Made by a program: the position numbers and the translations under genes. The notes under the pieces were generated by a model that did no database searches, was not told where the DNA came from, and was given only the letters and a program-made list of their open reading frames with translations. DNA of 63,064 nucleotides, counting the filler, from Asterionella formosa (Eukaryota): assembly GCA_002256025.1 (NCBI GenBank). It is 25 parts of 25 records of this genome, joined end to end, with 100 filler letters (N's around TTAATTAATTAA, not from the genome) between each part and the next. Parts side by side here need not be neighbours in the genome. Positions count along the whole stretch, not along the records: positions 1 to 17,713 come from NKIB01004329.1; positions 17,814 to 18,913 come from NKIB01004330.1; positions 19,014 to 20,113 come from NKIB01004331.1; positions 20,214 to 21,313 come from NKIB01004332.1; positions 21,414 to 22,513 come from NKIB01004333.1; positions 22,614 to 23,713 come from NKIB01004334.1; 19 more parts are not named here. One strand, written 5' to 3'. Shown piece after piece: positions 11,300-23,218 of this stretch; within the stretch, counting starts at the first letter, position 1, and each line of letters starts with the position of its first letter.

Positions 11300-13959
11300 T
11301 CATTTTAACGTTTTAGAATTTGGACAATTTAATGGTTTCAATCTTCAAAAACGAGCATACCATCATTTTCTTCCTTCCCCTCTTCACCACTTTCGGTTGC
11401 ATCATCCATAATGAAAGGCAAGTTGTCTATGTTATACTGCTTTATCCTACTTGCTTTGTATGTATGCTGAGAATCGATGGTTTTAAAAATGGTCCTCATG
11501 CAACTGCATTTTGCTCAAGGTAACAAAAAGTGAATATCAAAAATCCCAAAATACTTTTTTGAAATATACTAGTTGTCAATTTTAAACTTTTTATATATTA
11601 TATATACATAGATCTGTAGTTTTGAGCAAGGCCCACTCTGGGGTAACATAATTAAGCTGGAGAAAATTGTAGGAGTCAAAATGTCCACAGAGAAATTTTA
11701 AGAATCGATGTAATTGGTTTCAACTAGAGGGAGTGGTACCTGGTGGCAAGTGCCAGTGCATCACAAAACATGCATTCTTGTTGCATGTATGCTGCATGAC
11801 CTCATTTGTATGTTCTGAGAAGTAAGGCTAAATCAAATGAGGACATAAGTGCAGGTGAGCCCCATGCTTCGTAGTACAAGCTGAAAATTAGCCATGTGTC
11901 ACTTTTAAGTCCTACTATAAGGAAGCGATTGTTATAGTTGAAGGATTGGATTAGCCAAATGGCAGCAAATTATTTTACATATGTTGATTAGGCTTGGATA
12001 AAGCAAATTATCGCATTGTTTTGCAGACTCAATGGAATTGGACCACGTGAAGGCTTAAAAGCTGTTCAGGCCGAATTTTCATGATCCCGTGGTCAGAACA
12101 ATCCGAACTACATTCTTTAAGTGCTCCGAGTCACTTTGAACACAAAATAGACAGTAATACTTCGTAACTTCGCTAAACTTATGACCAAGCTCTACAAGTG
12201 CATTATTTGACGACGTAATAGTAAGAGTACTAAAAGTTACCATTCTGTGCATGTCTGACCTCATGCACGTATTAAATGATGACTAAGGCGGGAACAGGGA
12301 ATCTTGTTTTGAGGCTTCCTTGGACTGGAGGAGGCAATCAACCCCTGTGAAATAGTATTCGGCTGTTCGTGTTTTCCACTACATATGTATATCCATACAA
12401 AGTATCCTAATATACATACTGGTACCAGTGAAGGTCAAGCAAAAGATGGCTTGTGATATTATGGGGAAAAATATATTTAATATCTCTATTAAGTGAGTTA
12501 TTCCATGAATGTTGTACATGAGGCTTGTGAAAAAGCACCTGTAACTGTGATATTGGAGACTGGCCAGCTTGGGTAAGATTCACCAAGGTGCCAGGTTTGG
12601 ATGCCAAATGAGAGATATTTGATGATTTATAGTTTTCATGGGTTTTTTATTTACATGGTATAAGCTAATTTCAAAAATTCATCAATGCAAAAAGTGGAAT
12701 AGTAGCAGACGGGGCGAATAGTGACATGGTCAAGAGTTCAATAGTAGTATTCTGGCATCTTGGTCTCAAAGAAGTGTATTTTCGCTTTTGCCATTGCTGC
12801 AAGCGCCTTGAAAGTTGCTTGTTGGCGGCCTCTGTCTTTGATTAGTTGATAGATGGAAGATTTCCAACGATTGATCAGTAATGAATTTCTCTGGAGGATT
12901 ATATCCAATCTATTGGTCAAGGAGAGGCCGAATTTAGTGTCAAAAAGGAAAATTTTAGATGAACTTCCAGCTTTTAAATTAAATGCGAATTCTTCAAAAT
13001 TCTTGCTTGTCCTTGTTATTGTTTATCCTCACAAATATTGCTCTATTCATTGATGATCACCTTGTGGCGCAACTTGGGTAGCAGAACAAATTTTTGGATT
13101 GCACTGCTCATCAGAACAAACAACAACAAGGAAGGACAAATAGGAATGAATTCAGAGGCAAATGTATACAACATACAGTAGCAACACTTTTCTTATTCAG
13201 CCATTGTTCAAGGGAACAATTCTCTCATTTACATGGCAACATTGACCCCAAGTTGTTGTGTCATGGTAAAATCGTTGACTAACCAAAAATAATCAGTTTC
13301 GCTTTATTCCCTCAATCGCATCATCGATTTCCCGAATTTTTAAATGATAACAAATTGTAAAATCAGTTTGGGGTTTGATCCAACCGTGATGGCATTTTTT
13401 GGGACTAAAAGTGCTGATTTAGTTATGGGGCTGACTAGTGCCATTTGGTTTCTCAGTGTGCAGCAATTACAAGTCACTAGATCTCTGAACTGAATTGTGG
13501 TGCAGAGCAGCAATTTTATTCCAGCCAGGCAAATTTTTGTTTCCCCTTTAACTTACTGACAACGAGACTGAAGGCATACCCAATCATAGCGGAAGTTTGT
13601 GTCAAGTGAAAAGAAACGCTGGGGACCAGGGTTTCGATTTGGCTTACAGTATATGGAGAGCGAACCTAGTAAGTGACACAGCCAGGTGACAAACTGGATT
13701 ATCTCATGATTTGCTTGTAAACAGTAAGAATTGATAGCGAAAGCCCAATACTAGTGAATAGCAGTGGTGCTAGTAGTAAATGAAACTACCACAACGTAAG
13801 AACCTAATTGAAAGGATATCTCCCCAAGGCAGGGAGTAGATATCCTGGTTCTACTTAGCACAAAACTTTTAACACATTCATTACTGGTAAGAATATACTT
13901 ACCATAGTCTAGGAAAATGGCTTGGTGGCTATGCACATTGCCTTTGATGTGAAGTTTTG

Positions 13960-14054
13960 TGGTTTGAGTTGCAGTTGGTGGTTTGGACTCCTACACTCCT
14001 TGCTATCTTGAATGGTTTTGCCTGGTGGTGTGCAAGATAAAGTGGGTTGTCCCC
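13960..14054 (-). repeat. Dispersed hairpin-rich repeat, partial copy in reverse orientation
   Basis: Reverse complement GGGGACAACCCACTTTATCTTGCACACCACCAGGCAA matches 36627-36662 and continues with similarity to ~1520-1560. Confidence 0.6.
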
Positions 14055-14396
14055 AATAAGCCCCTTGTGCCACCTTTATAGACAGCAAGGGTTTCCCTCA
14101 ATTGCACAAATCAATGATTGCCTAGAAATAGGAAAGTATGAATGGGCTATGAAGCAGATTTTCATATTATACTTAAAGTTCTTTTCAAGTACCTGATGGT
14201 AGTAGAGTGCAAAAATTTGGCTACCTATATAACCAGGTAATAAATGGGATTTCAAGTCCTTTTGGATGATGATGCTGTATTGCTGGTGCATGCTTTGATT
14301 ACCTCTAAAGCAAGGTACCACACCTTTGCTATGATTACACATGTCTGCCAGCCTATAACATAGAGAATATTCTAATGAGAGTGTGCATTATTTCAC

Positions 14397-15968
14397 TCAA
14401 TTCTTTCTTGCACGCTTCTTGGCACTGGGCTTGGAGTCATCCTCTTCTGGTGCATGAGCACCTATGACTGGCGGGATAAACGTAGTCGCAGCTGCGGATG
14501 AATCAGTGGTTACAGAAGGATTGGAGTCCCCTAGCTTTTTCTTTTTCTTGGCAGTTGACGTCTTTTTACCCTCAGTATCAGTCACCTTTTGTGGTGCAAC
14601 TTTCCCCTTGCCTCCTGATATAATTTTAGCCTGCTTTGTAGAAACCTTTAGCTTTCGCGGTGGAGGTGTGGTAGCTACTATCGGTGCAGTGGGAGCCATT
14701 CCGAGCAGGGTTTCCTCCTCAATCACTCGTCCACCCCCACCCAATTTGGCAAGTCGCAAACGCTTGGTCTGTAACATTCCTTCCCCTTGCATAACCATTT
14801 TTTGTAGTGTCATCAAGGTTAAAATATCCTTGCGCACGCTGTCGTACATGTCGCAATTTCGTTTCGTCGGTAATGGTTTGCTTGTGATGTGCAATTCTTC
14901 CAACACAGTATCCATACGCTTTAGTGAGTTCTTGTTGATCCCACCAATAGATGCTGGCGGCACTTGACGGGCTGACTGTAAATATGGTGTCCCTGGAACT
15001 GGTGTTGGAGCTGATTTCGAAAAGGAGGATAGGAGCAAAGCTGCACTTTCTGCCAGAGTTGGCATGGGACTGACCGCCCGAGGTCGTTGTAAGTGTGCTC
15101 CACTTTTCTTTAGTTTCCTCAATTGCGTTTCTACTAGCATGAGTTCCTTTCGTAATTCTACTTCTTCCAATTCTTCTTCTTTGCTACGATTCCATATGAA
15201 ATCAAGATGAGCTCGTCGCTCTCGCTCTTTTTCTAAGTGAAAGACATTTTTATTAGTTGCCCCTGTCCCAATGCTCGGAATGTGTGGCTGCTGAAGTGGA
15301 TCTGACGTAGCCAACGCTCTAGCAGCAGCTGTTTCGAGCAAATGCTGCTCAGAATGCTCTGGATCTACCGTGACAGAGGTTAAGGCAGCCACTTCGTTTG
15401 CCGCTTCCTTTTGAATGCGCCCTTGTGCTAACAAGGCAGCCACTTGGTAATACCGATACATCAAGTCCACCATCTTTCGCTCCTGGAAGATGTCTTGCCA
15501 TCGATCATGAATAACAACCCAACGCAGCTCAAAAATCCGAGCCAAGTCCATCAATTTATCCGTCTCAGACTTGGTCCAGAGAGGATCTTGCAGAAGCTGC
15601 GAATACTCTTCGTCGTTGTACAAAACTGAATCCAAGTGCACATCAAATCTAGCGTATGGGTAATCTGGATATTCTACGCCAGCTCGAACCCAATGATTCA
15701 ATATCTGCCCATCATTACGTGCAGACGAAGTGAACTTGTCCCACACCCACTTGCGTGCTGCTTTGCCAGAGTCAATCATTTTGTTTCCAACCTTGATGTG
15801 GAAGGATGGGGTCAAAGGAGGCAGAGCTGCAGTTGCGTGGTCTTCTGATTTTCCAACCAGCAGATCCAAGACGGGTGTCGATATACCAGTCAATTTGTGA
15901 GCGCGAGAGGGATGATGAGAGGCTGGCATGGGTGGTGGTCGCGGTGGAAGTGATGGCATGCTGGACAT
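14397..15968 (-). CDS. DMAP1: DNA methyltransferase 1-associated protein / SWR1-NuA4 subunit Swc4
   Basis: 523-aa intronless ORF with W..FTSSARND...L.HW, YPYARF, SANT motif WTKSETDKLMDLARIFELRWVVIHDRW, a coiled coil (ERERR..L) and a basic C-terminus. Confidence 0.9.
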   Translation of the reverse strand: MSSMPSLPPRPPPMPASHHPSRAHKLTGISTPVLDLLVGKSEDHATAALPPLTPSFHIKVGNKMIDSGKAARKWVWDKFTSSARNDGQILNHWVRAGVEYPDYPYARFDVHLDSVLYNDEEYSQLLQDPLWTKSETDKLMDLARIFELRWVVIHDRWQDIFQERKMVDLMYRYYQVAALLAQGRIQKEAANEVAALTSVTVDPEHSEQHLLETAAARALATSDPLQQPHIPSIGTGATNKNVFHLEKERERRAHLDFIWNRSKEEELEEVELRKELMLVETQLRKLKKSGAHLQRPRAVSPMPTLAESAALLLSSFSKSAPTPVPGTPYLQSARQVPPASIGGINKNSLKRMDTVLEELHITSKPLPTKRNCDMYDSVRKDILTLMTLQKMVMQGEGMLQTKRLRLAKLGGGGRVIEEETLLGMAPTAPIVATTPPPRKLKVSTKQAKIISGGKGKVAPQKVTDTEGKKTSTAKKKKKLGDSNPSVTTDSSAAATTFIPPVIGAHAPEEDDSKPSAKKRARKN

Positions 15969-16114
15969 GGTGATGGATTACTTGAAATGGCAGTAAAATA
16001 GCACGAACTGTTGAACGTCGAATCTATCAATTTGGATGGATAAATATAGAATGGTACCTGGTACACTACCCGCTAGGGCGGAATAACAGTGCCGTGGTAC
16101 CCTGGTACCTGGTA

Positions 16115-16212
16115 CCTGCAAGTTGCGGTAATGTTGCAGAAGCTAAAAGAATTTAGCTATCTTTATCCTAGATTAAAATGTTAGTTTAAGCAAAATGACC
16201 GCAACTTGCTGG
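16115..16212. mobile_element. 98-bp MITE with ~23-bp imperfect TIRs, probably Tc1/mariner-like
   Basis: Left end TA|CCTGCAAGTTGCGGTAATGTTGC; right end GCAAAATGACCGCAACTTGCTGG|TG; AT-rich interior homologous to 23141-23218. Confidence 0.8.
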
Positions 16213-16223
16213 TGCCAGTTATA

Positions 16224-16670
16224 CCCTGTATTCGCAATTTTTGGTACGTTTTCAACCGCTTTTCGTCCTCAAAATCTACTACAACCAGGCATACCTTGTA
16301 TTGGGCATCGCAACGCCTTCCAAGAGAAGGTATCAGTCGTTTGACTTTTTTCAAGACAAGGTGATATATACCATTCCAATACAAGGTTTGTATTGGCGAA
16401 AGGTCGGTGTGTCAAGTCTAATACAAGGTGAAAACAACTCCGGGTATCACTCCAATTCAAGATGTTCCTTTATTTGTCCTGAGAATCCTGTGCAACACAA
16501 GGTATTCCCTGTATTGGATTCTGTTTATTTCCCAATACAAGGTGGCAACATTTTGCAAGTTCAAGGTCGCCCCTGTATTGGGTTTTGGTGGGACTATGTC
16601 CCAATACAAGGTTATAAGTTCCAATACATGGTGACGATATTTTGCAATTCAAGGCTGACCCTGCATTGGC
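16224..16670. repeat. Array of CCAATACAAGG / CC(T)TGTATTGG motifs in both orientations
   Basis: More than ten degenerate copies, e.g. at ~16294, 16376, 16418, 16508, 16532, 16572, 16601 and 16621, with irregular spacing. Confidence 0.75.
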
Positions 16671-17713
16671 CTATAGTGCTGGTAAAGTGTAGATACAATA
16701 TCAAAGTGATGTATATTGATTAAACAAAACCTTCATTTTTGATTTATATAATTGTTCAGAAATGTATACTATCTGATTGGTTAACCAATATGTCCTTCAT
16801 TTTTGTGTCTAGTTGCTTAGTAGAAACGCTGTTGACGATGTTGCCCCTTGTGGCTTTGCTGTTGAAGGCGATATCGATATCGTCACAATCGTAGTTAGCC
16901 GTTGCTCTGTCGATGTTGTGCATTGTCTGCTTCTCCAATTCTTGTTCCTTTTGCATTCTTTTGCGATCGGATTTAAAAAGTGTTTGGTTGATTGTTGCTG
17001 ATTTGTAAGCGAAGCAAAGTGGTTTGTTTTATTTATTATCAACTATTGGAACTGGAAGTCTCTGTAGTGGGAATACTAATATATTCTTTGTTCCTTGATC
17101 TAGTAATAAAGTTATCTTTTCTATACTTGCCTTCATACTTGGCTGAAAAGTGTTCTCTTTTCAAATATATTGTATGATGCATCATATTTTGAAGTGATGC
17201 CATACCTTCAATTATGCAAGCAGCCAAAATTTTAAATTCGGCTACCAAAAAATTAATTTGCATGATCACATTTGTCAATGGGTGGGTGCATTCTAAAACT
17301 ACATTAGGTAGCCACCATAGCTTCCATTACAACATAATTTTAGCTTAAGTAGAATTTTGATTTTGTAAACAAATAACATTCATGTGAATAAATTGTATGT
17401 ATACATTTAAATAATTTTACCATCTGATCTTGTTGTTGTTGAGGTTGAGGTTCTGTTCCTTCATGATGAACTTAAAATCGAAGTTCATTGCACAGTGATG
17501 GTTGTGACATCATTGTAGTAGCTTCATTGTAACTGCTATAGGACCATATTTGAGACATTCCTGTACAGTTTCATCTCCAGACAATCCACTGTCAAACTCA
17601 AGAGCTTTTGCACATGAATTGGTTGGTCATGTAGGCATGTATTTGCCATGCTCAACACTAAATAGGTCATAGATAAACCAAATCATGTGCTCCCTCGCTA
17701 CTTGATTTGTTTA

Positions 17714-17813
17714 NNNNNNNNNNNNNNNNNNNNNNNNNNNNNNNNNNNNNNNNNNNNTTAATTAATTAANNNNNNNNNNNNNNNNNNNNNNNNNNNNNNN
17801 NNNNNNNNNNNNN
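17714..17813. other. Artificial contig spacer (first of 24 identical spacers; last at 61868-61967)
   Basis: 44 N + TTAATTAATTAA (stop codons in all six frames) + 44 N, repeated between unrelated sequences. Confidence 0.98.
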
Positions 17814-18891
17814 CGAGTTGGCGACAGACGAGCGTTTCGACCTGATAACGCGCCTGGCCAAGCGCCATTTCTCTGTGTGCACGGCACTTATCACCCTCAG
17901 CGACGCACAGCAGCAATACCTGAAGTCATGTACGGGGCTGCCTTTCAAAGAAACGGCGGGCGACCGGTGGATCTGTGACCGACCCATTCGCGATAGCAGC
18001 ATTCTCCTGGCGACCCGCTACGACGCCGACAACAGCGCTGACCAACAACCGCTGGTCAGCGGCAACCCACACCTGCGCTTTTATGCCCGCTGCCCGTTGG
18101 AAGCCTCGAATGGCGACCTAATCGGGGCACTCTGGCTGCTCGACGACAAACCTCGTGAGCTAGATGACGAACAACGCGAATGTCTTCGCGACTTCGCCCG
18201 CTTGGCCGCCATTAGTGCCGAGCGTGATCGGCTCAAAAGCCGTCTACGCACCGAGGCAGAGGCCCTGCGCGAAAGTGAACGACGCATGGCGCTGGCTATC
18301 GAGGGAAGCGGTACAGGGATCTGGGACCGCGACTTGCGAACGGACGAGATCCATTACTCCGATGGCTGGAAATCCATTCTGGGTTATACCGCCAACGAGG
18401 TCTCGAACCTGATTGAGGACAGTTACAAGCGTGTTCACCCGGAGGACCTGGCCTATGTACAGGCCGCCATCCGTGCACACCACGAGGAAAAGCTGCCCAG
18501 CTACAGCGTGGAACATCGCTTGCGCTGCAAGGATGGCAGTTACAAGTGGGTTTCCAGCCGGGGCAAGGTGATCAGCCGTGACAGCGCCGGTCGGCCGCTG
18601 CGCATGATCGGTACCACCAGCGATATTAGCGCCATGCACTCGATGGCCGAGCGACTGCAACAGACCGTGGACTTGATCACCAACCTGACCAACGCAGTGC
18701 CTGGTCTGGTCTTTCAGTACCGACGCCCAAGCGAAGGCCCGGCGTGCTTCGACTATGCCAGTAGGGGCATCTGGGATATGTACGAGCTAACCCCCGAAGA
18801 GGTCACCAGCAGCGACGACGCCATTATCCGACTCATTCATCCAGACGACCTAGAGGCCTATCTGGCGTCCATTGCAACCTCACAGACCTGA
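17814..18891 (+). CDS. Bacterial-type GAF-PAS(-PAS) sensor protein fragment (architecture of diguanylate cyclases or histidine kinases); 5' partial
   Basis: ERFDLITRLA and PHLRFYA..PL...G..IG.L.LLD.KPR GAF motifs; PAS_3/PAC (GIWD, VHPED, EHRLRCKDGSYKWV..RG); second PAS truncated. Contig is visibly much more GC-rich than its neighbours and has no introns. Confidence 0.85.
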
Positions 18892-20274
18892 TCTATGAAC
18901 TGGTCGTAAAAAANNNNNNNNNNNNNNNNNNNNNNNNNNNNNNNNNNNNNNNNNNNNTTAATTAATTAANNNNNNNNNNNNNNNNNNNNNNNNNNNNNNN
19001 NNNNNNNNNNNNNAGGGGAGATATAAAAGCAATATGTTAGAGTGGCTTAATTGATAACAACAATGATAAACACGCAAAACTATCTTGTTCTTACCTCGTT
19101 TTGCTATATCTGAGCTTCCACGCATAATTTTCAATTCTGTAGAACAAGGTAGATCACTTGTGTTAGTGTTGGCAAGAATGACCAAAAGGCAAGACAATAA
19201 ACAAGATTACAAACAACATGCCAAAACGAAAAGCGCCAACATCAAACTTTAAAAACGAGCTCATTCATGATAAAATCATGAAATTTCTTTCATGATAGGA
19301 TTTAATTTAACAAGAAGGAAGGGATGTAAGAAGAAGCAGCTCAAAGGATGCATCAGTTGCATCAAACTTACCGTGGAGAGGACATCATCGTCAATGCGGT
19401 TTTCCATGCTTTCAGTATGATTTTACAATTATGTAGTGCGTGGTGCACAATGAGTATCTTGATCAAACTAGTAGAGTACCGGTATACAGTTTTATTTTAC
19501 TTTATATTGTGCTCATTTCCTAATACAATGTACCAGACTCCTGGAAAATGAATGCAAAAAATGCTGGCGCGGTCTGCAGTGTTGTACGAGACTAACATGA
19601 GCACCTCTAATTTTACCACCCTTCAACTACCAGTAATACCGGTAGATAGATATAAAGACAAAAAGTATGGCTGGTTTCATGTTCAGGGTAGCCGAGGTAG
19701 ACCTCGTAAACGCTAGTAAATAAATATTTAGCTAAGATCATGCGAATCTTTTGTACATACAAAACAATACAGTGTAGTTTTTGTTCTCAGCTGCAGCATC
19801 CTGCATCATGTCGTCTCAGCCATGACCACGACGAAAATAGCGGAAATCTCTACCGGTCCGGAAGTTGAGAATGACGCTTTACTGTTTGGTACATAGATCG
19901 AACAAAACATAGAAAATACAATCGTTAAAGAATAATTGTAATCCCACTAATATTGACAACGAAAATTGAAATCGCCGATGGCGCCTTAATTTATGTCATT
20001 TAGAAATGCACAATTGGAGACGACAATGTTTCTAAGCGATTTGACACTTTCATGGTAGCTGAACAAGGCATAAGGGCAGACTATGACTATAACAAAAGAA
20101 TGATTAGTTGAAGNNNNNNNNNNNNNNNNNNNNNNNNNNNNNNNNNNNNNNNNNNNNTTAATTAATTAANNNNNNNNNNNNNNNNNNNNNNNNNNNNNNN
20201 NNNNNNNNNNNNNCTGTCTGTTGTCAGCCCCGACACCAGCACTTGCCTAGAACTAGTACTTCATCAAAAAGACA

Positions 20275-20341
20275 GGTGGAGAGTTCAGGAATCAAACCTG
20301 CCACCTCCTCAGAAGGCATGCTAACGACTAAATCATTCACC
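20275..20341 (-). repeat. tRNA-derived dispersed repeat, copy 3
   Basis: Minus strand GGTGAATGATTTAGTCGTTAGCATGCC...AGGTGGCAGGTTTGATTCCTGAACTCTCCACC followed by TGTCTTTTT. Confidence 0.55.
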
Positions 20342-21413
20342 AAATCTCACCATCTCTGATGATTAAATTACTGGTATTTGGGTTAAATCAATCAAACAAA
20401 CCAATTTGATGTATGTAGCATAGCTAGTGTATGACATAAAAATTCATTGGGTACATAATGTATATCATAGTATCAAGCACAAGCAATGCCAGCTACATAA
20501 GTAATGTTTGTAATGATAATATTCATCTACTACTATGCCTAGTATCATCATAAGCAAAATGCTGATTGTTGAGGTCATCAACATGATACCTGCCCTTGAT
20601 GGTAAATCTACTAGGCTTGATGACAACCAACAATTGGTGCTGTTGTGCCCATCATCACTGCTGTGACTTCACTGTTGAAGTTGGGTTTGTTGTGTACTAG
20701 CTACAACTTACTTCAACTGCTGGTATACCCCAGTGGCAAGCAAGCAACTCCCAAAGCAAATAATGACAGGCCACTTATCTGTGTTTAATCCCATTCATAT
20801 AGCTGATGATGCTGTCTCAAATCTCGAGGATTTTGTGATTTTCAACAATGAAAAGTTTTTGAATCGACACATTATGCTTGTCAGGAACTATAATTTTCCA
20901 GCTTGACAGCTCCAGATCTCTGTCTACACAAACTTGCCAGAAATTGATTGATAGCTATTGGTTGAATGGTGACATTCTGAGAATCTTTTTCTCATTCATG
21001 ACTTGTTGTTATTGTATCATAAGTGTCAGGCATGCACTAAGTGGGTCACGCATCTGTGTGCATGCTTACAATGTGAAGCAAGTAATGTGGTTTTGGACAT
21101 AACTCAAAGTTAAAATGGTTCGATGTTTTGTTCTTGGCTGCTACAAATATCTTTTTGACTTAGTAATCCAGAATGTTACTATTTCTTCATACAGTGTAAT
21201 ATAGTATGCATGATGATTGAGAGCAAAAAGTATCAATGATTGCACTACAACTGTGTTTTGCTTTGCAGAATTTTAGCATTAACCAAAGCATTGGATTCAA
21301 CATTGCCTATCCANNNNNNNNNNNNNNNNNNNNNNNNNNNNNNNNNNNNNNNNNNNNTTAATTAATTAANNNNNNNNNNNNNNNNNNNNNNNNNNNNNNN
21401 NNNNNNNNNNNNN

Positions 21414-22513
21414 GCGGGAAAATCTCTTGACTTAAACTGTCCACGACGACCGGCTTGGTGCGCCCTCGTGATCCTTTGGCTCCGGACGACTTCTCGGAGA
21501 AATGCGTGGCGGAGAGCCAGCCAATCTCATATACGTCCTCCTTGGTTCCCACGGTTTCGAAGAAGTCATCGAACGCAACATGAAATTGCGGTGACACCAG
21601 CCCCGTCGATATGTTTAACACTAGAGCAACGGACCGGGCATGCTGTGGGGACTGCCCTAGATACAAGCCTACCCTCGCTCTCTTAAACCATTTAGGTATG
21701 TGTTTCCCGGCAGCCAGCTCGTTAGTCAGAACGTACGTAGGGCACCCAAAAGGGCGAAATGACCCCAACTTAGGGGACACGTCAGTCCGGGAAAACACGC
21801 TTGCGGCGGACCTTCCGTCCACACGACGCGGAGCGCTAATAAGTGCATCATTAGCCGCACGCAGTGCATATGGCCACAGGCAATTTGACATGACTCGTGG
21901 CCATCGGGCAGTGGCGTGCAATAACGCAGTACGCGCCAAGTCCTGTAAGTCCCTAATTCGTTTCTCTGCCACACCATTTTGAAAATGTGCGTTGACACCA
22001 CAATACGAAATTCTCTGGCGCTGCTCGGCAATGTCCTGCAAGAACAGCGTGTCCGCAAATCGACCGTTGTCAGCATGGTAGTGCATCACCTTCACGCCGT
22101 GTGACTCGCAGTATCGCTCGAAGGCCCTTTTTGCCTTCACGGTGTCATCCGAGGTCAGCGATCGCTGCAAGTGGACAAATGAAAGGCGGCTGAAATGGTC
22201 AACAAAGATCGTTGCGGCCATATATCGCTGAGTGGTGGGAACTCCTTTGAGTTGCCCAATCAGCCCTGGTGTAGGGGACTGCATCTGGTCCACGGAGACG
22301 CACTGCCCAGGGAAAGTCGCCGTTCCGCCCCCCACCTTGCTTGGTGGTGCTTTTGACCTCCACGCCCTTCGAGTCGCCTTTCCATACATGCAGGCAGCGC
22401 ATTTGGGAATGCGGGCCTGCAAGAGTCTCTTGGGAAGAAATCCGGTAGCAGCCATGCTCCGCAGTTGGCTGAAGGGCAGATGGCCAAGCCGGTAGTGGAG
22501 ACGAAGCAATTCC
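21414..22513 (-). mobile_element. Ty1/copia (CoDi-like) pol fragment: HHCC pre-integrase domain and integrase core
   Basis: LHYRLGH...CAAC zinc motif and catalytic D-D-E in VSVDQM, YHADNG and QNGVAE. ORF open across the whole contig. Confidence 0.92.
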
Positions 22514-23140
22514 NNNNNNNNNNNNNNNNNNNNNNNNNNNNNNNNNNNNNNNNNNNNTTAATTAATTAANNNNNNNNNNNNNNNNNNNNNNNNNNNNNNN
22601 NNNNNNNNNNNNNTCTTCCAAAACTTCTCCACCAACTCTTCGACTTCATACCATCAACACTGACATTCAGGATCGCAGCATTCACAGATGATGCATGCTT
22701 CACATCCCTCCAATTCCGACTAGAATTCAACAGCCTTGACATGTTGGAAATTTATCATGGTGACTGCATTTGAATTTGAAGACTCCATTGTTGTCCAAAT
22801 GGTGTGTAAATTCGCTCATGGTTGATTGTCGCTTTTTTTCTTACAGGTAGTCATCAACAAAATTAGCAATGCTGCAAACGCTTCTTGTAGTATGGTCTGA
22901 CACATATATGTTGATCTTATCATGGTGAATATATACACCATTGAGCCATGTAGAATGTTTAAATATATTTAGCAAATTCGAAAAGAAATCTATGTACAAA
23001 CGCGCAAATTTCCACTGATTTAAATATTTCAAATGGAATTACGTCATTCAAAAAAAGTTCACACAAATTCTTAGTTCCAGGGAAATCCGGCAACCCTAAG
23101 AAATATTTTAGTTTTTGCCTAGGGGTTCAAATGCAGGAAC

Positions 23141-23218
23141 CTTAAATAAACAATTGAATCTAGCTAGGATAAAAAAAGCTGAAGTTTCAGTTTCAGCACA
23201 ATTACCGCAACTTGCTGG
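23141..23218. mobile_element. Second copy of the MITE family (one TIR plus interior)
   Basis: CTTAAATAAACAATTGAATCTAG...CAGCACAATTACCGCAACTTGCTGG aligns with the reverse complement of 16115-16190. A further degenerate end, TA|CCAGCAAGTTG, lies at 23299. Confidence 0.7.

Noticed and set aside
16224..16670. CRISPR-like array
   Set aside because: Repeats are only ~11 nt, in both orientations and irregularly spaced; eukaryotic context and no cas genes.
17814..18913. Horizontal transfer of a bacterial sensor gene into the host
   Set aside because: No eukaryotic flanking sequence on the contig; contamination is the simpler explanation.
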